From positions 992,001 through 1,056,000 of the forward strand of contig NC_087250.1 of NCBI RefSeq assembly GCF_037042905.1: a DNA stretch of 64,000 bases. The letters run 5' to 3'. A model generated the notes under the pieces. The model had not been told where the DNA came from, did not search any database, and was given only the letters and a program-made list of their open reading frames with translations. This document shows positions 58,911 to 64,000 of this stretch, piece by piece. How positions within the stretch are numbered: the stretch's first letter is position 1; every line of letters begins with the position of its first letter. The position numbers and the translations under genes were made by a program. This stretch comes from Lytechinus pictus. Taxonomy: Eukaryota.

Positions 58911-61343
58911 TTAACTACAATCTCACAGGCATACCAGCTATCGATCCATTACTAATCTTTTACCGATAATTATAGCCAAACATAATTATTTCATAATATG
59001 AATAATTCTTAAACAAGACTTCAACTTTGACTTGTAATTCAAATACTTGCGTATTGTAAATTTTGCGTGAATCATACCCGAGTTAAAATAATTTCCTTCT
59101 GTCGACAGCATGTTATCACAATTTTGTTTTGTTCTGTTCTGTCTAATATACATTGTACACTGTATCTACATGTGTATTAACAAGCGAAAATAAATTCCTT
59201 TATGGACAATAAAGTTATTCAATTTATTATTTTCTATTCAATGAATAGGCCTATTTCAGTTCACACGTACTTCACACTTATTTATAATAGATCTATTTTT
59301 TGAAAGATACGCATCATGATTTAAAAAAAGTGCTTAAAATGTCCCGTTTTGTCTGAATATTTGGCGTATAACTAAACGGGGTGGGGGCACACGTGCTCGC
59401 CAATCGGCTGCCCCCGCCCCCTCAAAAAAAACATTCACTAAAATAAAAAAAATAAAAAAGCATTGGGGGAGGGAGAAAAGGGAGTAGGGGGAATAGAAAA
59501 TAATAATAAAAAAAGGGAAATATTGAAAATATATTTTCATCATTTAGTACAGCCTATGTGCAGCAAGAGGCCTGGGAACATAGAGATGTATACTAATTAG
59601 TATACATCTTTATGCCTGGGAATTAGTGATGGCTAAGAGGGCGTGCTACTATATAGAAAAATGAAGGTAACTTTATTTTGGTCAAGAAAAACTTGACAAG
59701 CACGCAAAAAAAAAGTTTCATTCGCAAATGAAGGTCAAACCTCTACATTGCTAAATGTACCAACCACATTAAGGAATGAATTAAGCACCCCCCCCCCCAC
59801 TTCCCGAGGCAATGATAGGTTTGTGTTCACTTCACTCTGTTTAATACCTTGCTTTGAGTTGCTCACTATATGGCAAACTAAATAGGCCGATTTCATGCCA
59901 AACACTTTAATTTATAACAAAGCACATGCGGGATCGATTATTAACGCGCTATACAAATCAATAAAATCGTTTTCTTTGTGTTATATATTGATGAAAGTGA
60001 TAAGGTTCCGTTCTTCAAGGGGATGGGGTCAATTGCCCTTGCACCCCCTGCCCCCCCCCCCCACACCTTGTGTATACCTGACTATTGCTCGCACCCGCAT
60101 CATTTATTTATTATTTATTTAGTCAAATAAGTGCCCTCCACTTAAAACTATAATCTTACATCATTCGTTTTCGGATCAGAAAATGAATTAATTTGTACTT
60201 CACGCATGCATAATTTTCTGTTCATGATAAATTCCCGACCATGTTGGGCGTCTTATGGGGCGGTCATGTCTGAGGGTGTGGAAATATTTATGTGGTTAGG
60301 TTTGAATGGTGTTGTTGTTTCAGGTCATTAAATTATTTACCAATATTCATATTTTGTACAACATATATAAAACAAGGTCTACATACATGTACGTATATCT
60401 CAATTGTCATCCAACCACAAATCTATAAATAGATTATGATCCTTATCACAAATTATGTTAATCGAATAAATCTCACTTGAGGCGGATATGAAAATCGTTT
60501 AATATGCAATAAGAAAAATTCCTACCATTTATTGTTTTATTTAGTTTTGTGGTCTTCTAGTTTCTATTGATGATAAAAACTAAATTGTGAATGAGCCGTT
60601 GTAATATCTTTGTGAATATTAGGATAATACAAACCTCATTCAATGAATCAATTATCTTGAGGGGAAGAGAAAAGAAGAAAAAAACGATAAGAAAGGAAGA
60701 AAGAATGAAAGAGAAGGAGGGAGAAAGAGTGATTATGAAAGTAAGAGAGTATAGGAAAGGTTTCACTTGACAAATAGTATGAATGAATGAATCAGTCTCG
60801 AGGAAAAGAGAAACAGAAGGAAAACGGGGGGGGGGGGGAGAAAGAAAGAAAGAAGTGAAGAAAAAAGGAAGGAAAGAAATAAATAATTACAAATACAAAA
60901 CAAATATATTGAATTCCAATTATATTGGAACACATTACATAACAGCATTTGAATAATACTTAGTCAAAAAGCAATTTGAGAGTACATAAAACAATATGTA
61001 TAAATATCATTGAATCTAAAAAATTTGATTGATATAAAAAATACCAAAAATAAACAGGATAAAAGAAAGAAAAAACAACAACAAAGAAATATCAAGTAAT
61101 GTAAATATACACAAGAAAGGAAATTTAAATGGAGAGAGAATGAGGGTGGTCACGTGATGAGGGGGGAAGGCGCAGAAGGGAGGAGAGTAAGAAGGAAAAT
61201 GAGGAATAGGAAGAAAGACAAAATAATATTTATTATAAAATTATAGGCACAGCCTGATAAAGGACCGTAAAGACTATCTAAAATGAATACTACCTAATGA
61301 ATACAAATAGTAAAATGTGTCATTATAATTACAAAACTTGCTT

Positions 61344-61945
61344 AAGTCCACCCCAACAAAAAGTTTATTTGAATAAAAATAGAAAAATCTAACGAGCATA
61401 ACACTGAAAATTTCATCAAAATCGGATGTAAATAAGAAAGTTATGACGTTTTAAAGTTTCGCTTAATTTCACATAATAGTTATGCACATCCTGGTCGGTA
61501 TGCAAATGAGGGAACTGATGACATCACTCACTCACTTTTTCTTTTGTATTTTATTATCTGAAATATGAAATATTCTAATTTTCTCCTCATTGCCGGTGAA
61601 ACAAAGTTGTATTTCTCACTGAACATGTGGAGTTACCATTGCTTAACATTATATGGTTCAGTCAAGTTGGTCCTTATTGTCAAATCTGTAAAAATTAAAA
61701 TATTGTATAATTCAAACAATAAAAAACAAAAGAAATAGTGAGTGAGGGACATTATCGATTCTCTCATATGCATGTGACTAAAAATTAATTGTGCATGTAA
61801 CTATTTTGTGCAAAAAATAAGCGAAATTTCAAAATGTCATAACTTTCTTATATTACATGCGATTTTGATGAGATTTTCAGTATTATGCTTGTCTGATTTT
61901 TCTCTGTTGATTCAAGACAATTTTTTTCTGAGGTGGACTTGACCT
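61344..61945. mobile_element. Kolobok-like MITE, left terminus clipped
   Basis: aagtccacccca ... gaggtggacttgacct-ttaa with long imperfect inverted arms. Confidence 0.7.
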
Positions 61946-62995
61946 TTAATAATTTTACCCTCATTGTAATGAGAACAATGACACTAACTAAAGCTTTGAA
62001 GCAAGAGAGTGTTAGATTAAATACTATATCACTCTATATAGTCCAATCTCTGAGAGTGTTTCCTAAATTGGTAGTTTGAAATATCAGAGAGGAATTTTAG
62101 AGTGCGCTTCTTTGTTTATTTTTTCTTTTCAACATCAGGGTTTTTTTAATGCCCCCAAGACGCTCTGAAAGTAAAATCACCGTTTGATTAATAATTTATG
62201 GAAGGGGTGGGAGGGGATGGAAAAGGGAAATTCGGGATAAATCTGATTAACTTTAGTAAATCAAAAATTAGAATTATGTGAGTACACAGAATTATTACGT
62301 GGTTGTACTTAAGAAAGGAAACTGAAAGAGAAAGGTTTTTTTTCCAAGGTTCATTTAAACATGACCGACTTTAATTGCTGGTTCTGGAGCGTCAACAAGC
62401 CTATACTGAAATCAATAAAATGAAGATATGTAGCAAGAGGTTATTGGTGCATGATTGCAGATGTATCCCCATAAAAAACAAATATCTTCCCACGCCATTT
62501 TCCCAGCCAATTTCATTTATCTTACCGAGATGAATTTTATTGATTAATATGTATATTTTGCAATTCAATTCAATTATTTTTATTTCATTTCCATTCAAAA
62601 CATAATACAAAGTAATATAAAGTAATACAAATCAAGTACAATTTTACAGAAGGGCATTCTTACTTCGTAAAAAAAAACCAAAAAAAACATATATACATTT
62701 ATCAATGTGTTTATTCATTTACTTATCTATTTATTCATGAATATGGCCTTCTTATTGATTTGTTATTCAGAGACTTATCAATTCACATGATTTATATTTT
62801 AGGTAGTAGTCATTCATGATTTTTTCTATTTTGAATATAGTTATTATTACCTCAAATTCAATGCAATTAAAGACTTTTTTTCTTCCGATTGACATTTCAT
62901 CCGTTTTCATATAAAATATACAAATCAATAATATTTATTATCCATCAATATCACTATCACCTTTCTCATTATATATGATGATGATAATACTGTCA

Positions 62996-63026
<31 letters not shown>

Positions 63027-63606
63027 TAATGATAATAATAATAGTAATAATAATAATAAGCCTAATATAGGTTTTTCCGTCCAATTTCGTCAAAATTTCA
63101 ACCGATTTAATGATGTAATAATTCAATCGCAACTAATTTGAACGACCTATGAGATCAGAATTTAAATAGCCAAATACCTAATTCAATTTAATTCTATATT
63201 GGCACTTGATTTCATGGTTATCTCATTTAAACATGTATAAAGAACGATCAAATTAAAATAGCTGAAGAAGAGTTTTCAAATTCGCAACGGTACCCTCCTT
63301 GCGAACGTTTAGGAATTCAAAATCATTAATATGCAATCACTCATAAGATATGGACAGTGTTTTTTTTTACTTATTTTGAATAATTATGGAAATGGGTTTT
63401 AATTCTAAATTGGATGTTTACAATTTTACTGAAATGTATCATCCATATCATCGAAACAACAACTCGTTTTTGTTCCACTTCCATAACTATAGACTGTGTT
63501 CAATACCATGTTTCTTATCCCGATATAAATTGCAATTATGTAAAATAAAAAAGAACAAGATGATGAAGAAAAAATACCTACCATTGGCACAGGTCACCCA
63601 CCCACT

Positions 63607-63794
63607 CACTGGCGGATCCAGGGGGGGGGGGGGCACACAGCCGGCTCGTGCCCCCTCCCTTTGAGAGGCACAATTAAAACAATTTTCGTGGACGAAATAC
63701 CCTTATTCTTTAGTTAATTCTTTTTTTTTGCTCGTCAAATTCTTCGGGAAATTGTGCCCCCCCCCCCCGTTGGGAAATCCTGGGTCCGCCCCTG
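63607..63794. mobile_element. Short hAT-like MITE
   Basis: cactggcggatccagg / cctgggtccgcccctg termini with G/C-run subtermini. Confidence 0.55.
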
Positions 63795-64000
63795 CACTAT
63801 CGATCACTAAAAGAATAACCGTTTACAACCATATCCTATAAGTGATGCATGAATTACGTCTTTATCAAACATAATGGAATAAAATTATTCTAACTGAAAA
63901 GATCAGGGAAAAAATAGAAAGATGGGCAAAGTTTGAAGAAAAAAAATTGCATAATGTAATAAAAAAAAAAAAAGAACTGAGAAACATGTTATCTGAATTT

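Overview
AT-rich, repeat-dense metazoan genomic DNA; the repeat landscape suggests an echinoderm such as a sea urchin (inference). It has two assembly gaps (36269-36609, 55429-55561). Two convergent, spliced host genes can be rebuilt exon by exon: TAF8 (+, 5 coding exons, 554-5604, 286 aa) and a p24-gamma TMED5/TMED1-type gene (-, 5 exons, 55018-25990, 222 aa, GC-AG first intron). Two retroelements stand out. (1) A 10.3-kb BEL/Pao insertion (9637-19956) in a G-rich 32-bp minisatellite is not a normal provirus but a double fold-back: LTR(+), a 74-nt copy of mature tRNA-Lys(CTT) with CCA and a substitution exactly at A58, LTR(-), PPT, pol/gag(-), and a second fold-back gag(+). It looks like a reverse-transcription intermediate fixed in the genome. 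(2) An intact, very young 12.2-kb Ty3/Gypsy element (41964-54212) in TMED intron 1 has non-canonical TA...TA LTR ends, a ComEA-like helix-hairpin-helix at the Gag N-terminus, a -1 frameshift pseudoknot, a PHD finger on the integrase C-terminus, and a TatD nuclease ORF in the env position with splice signals for a subgenomic mRNA. The rest is tRNA-derived SINEs, many MITEs/fold-back DNA transposons and minisatellites, one of which amplifies a TAF8 splice donor about 30 times. All calls are by eye; no database searches were run.
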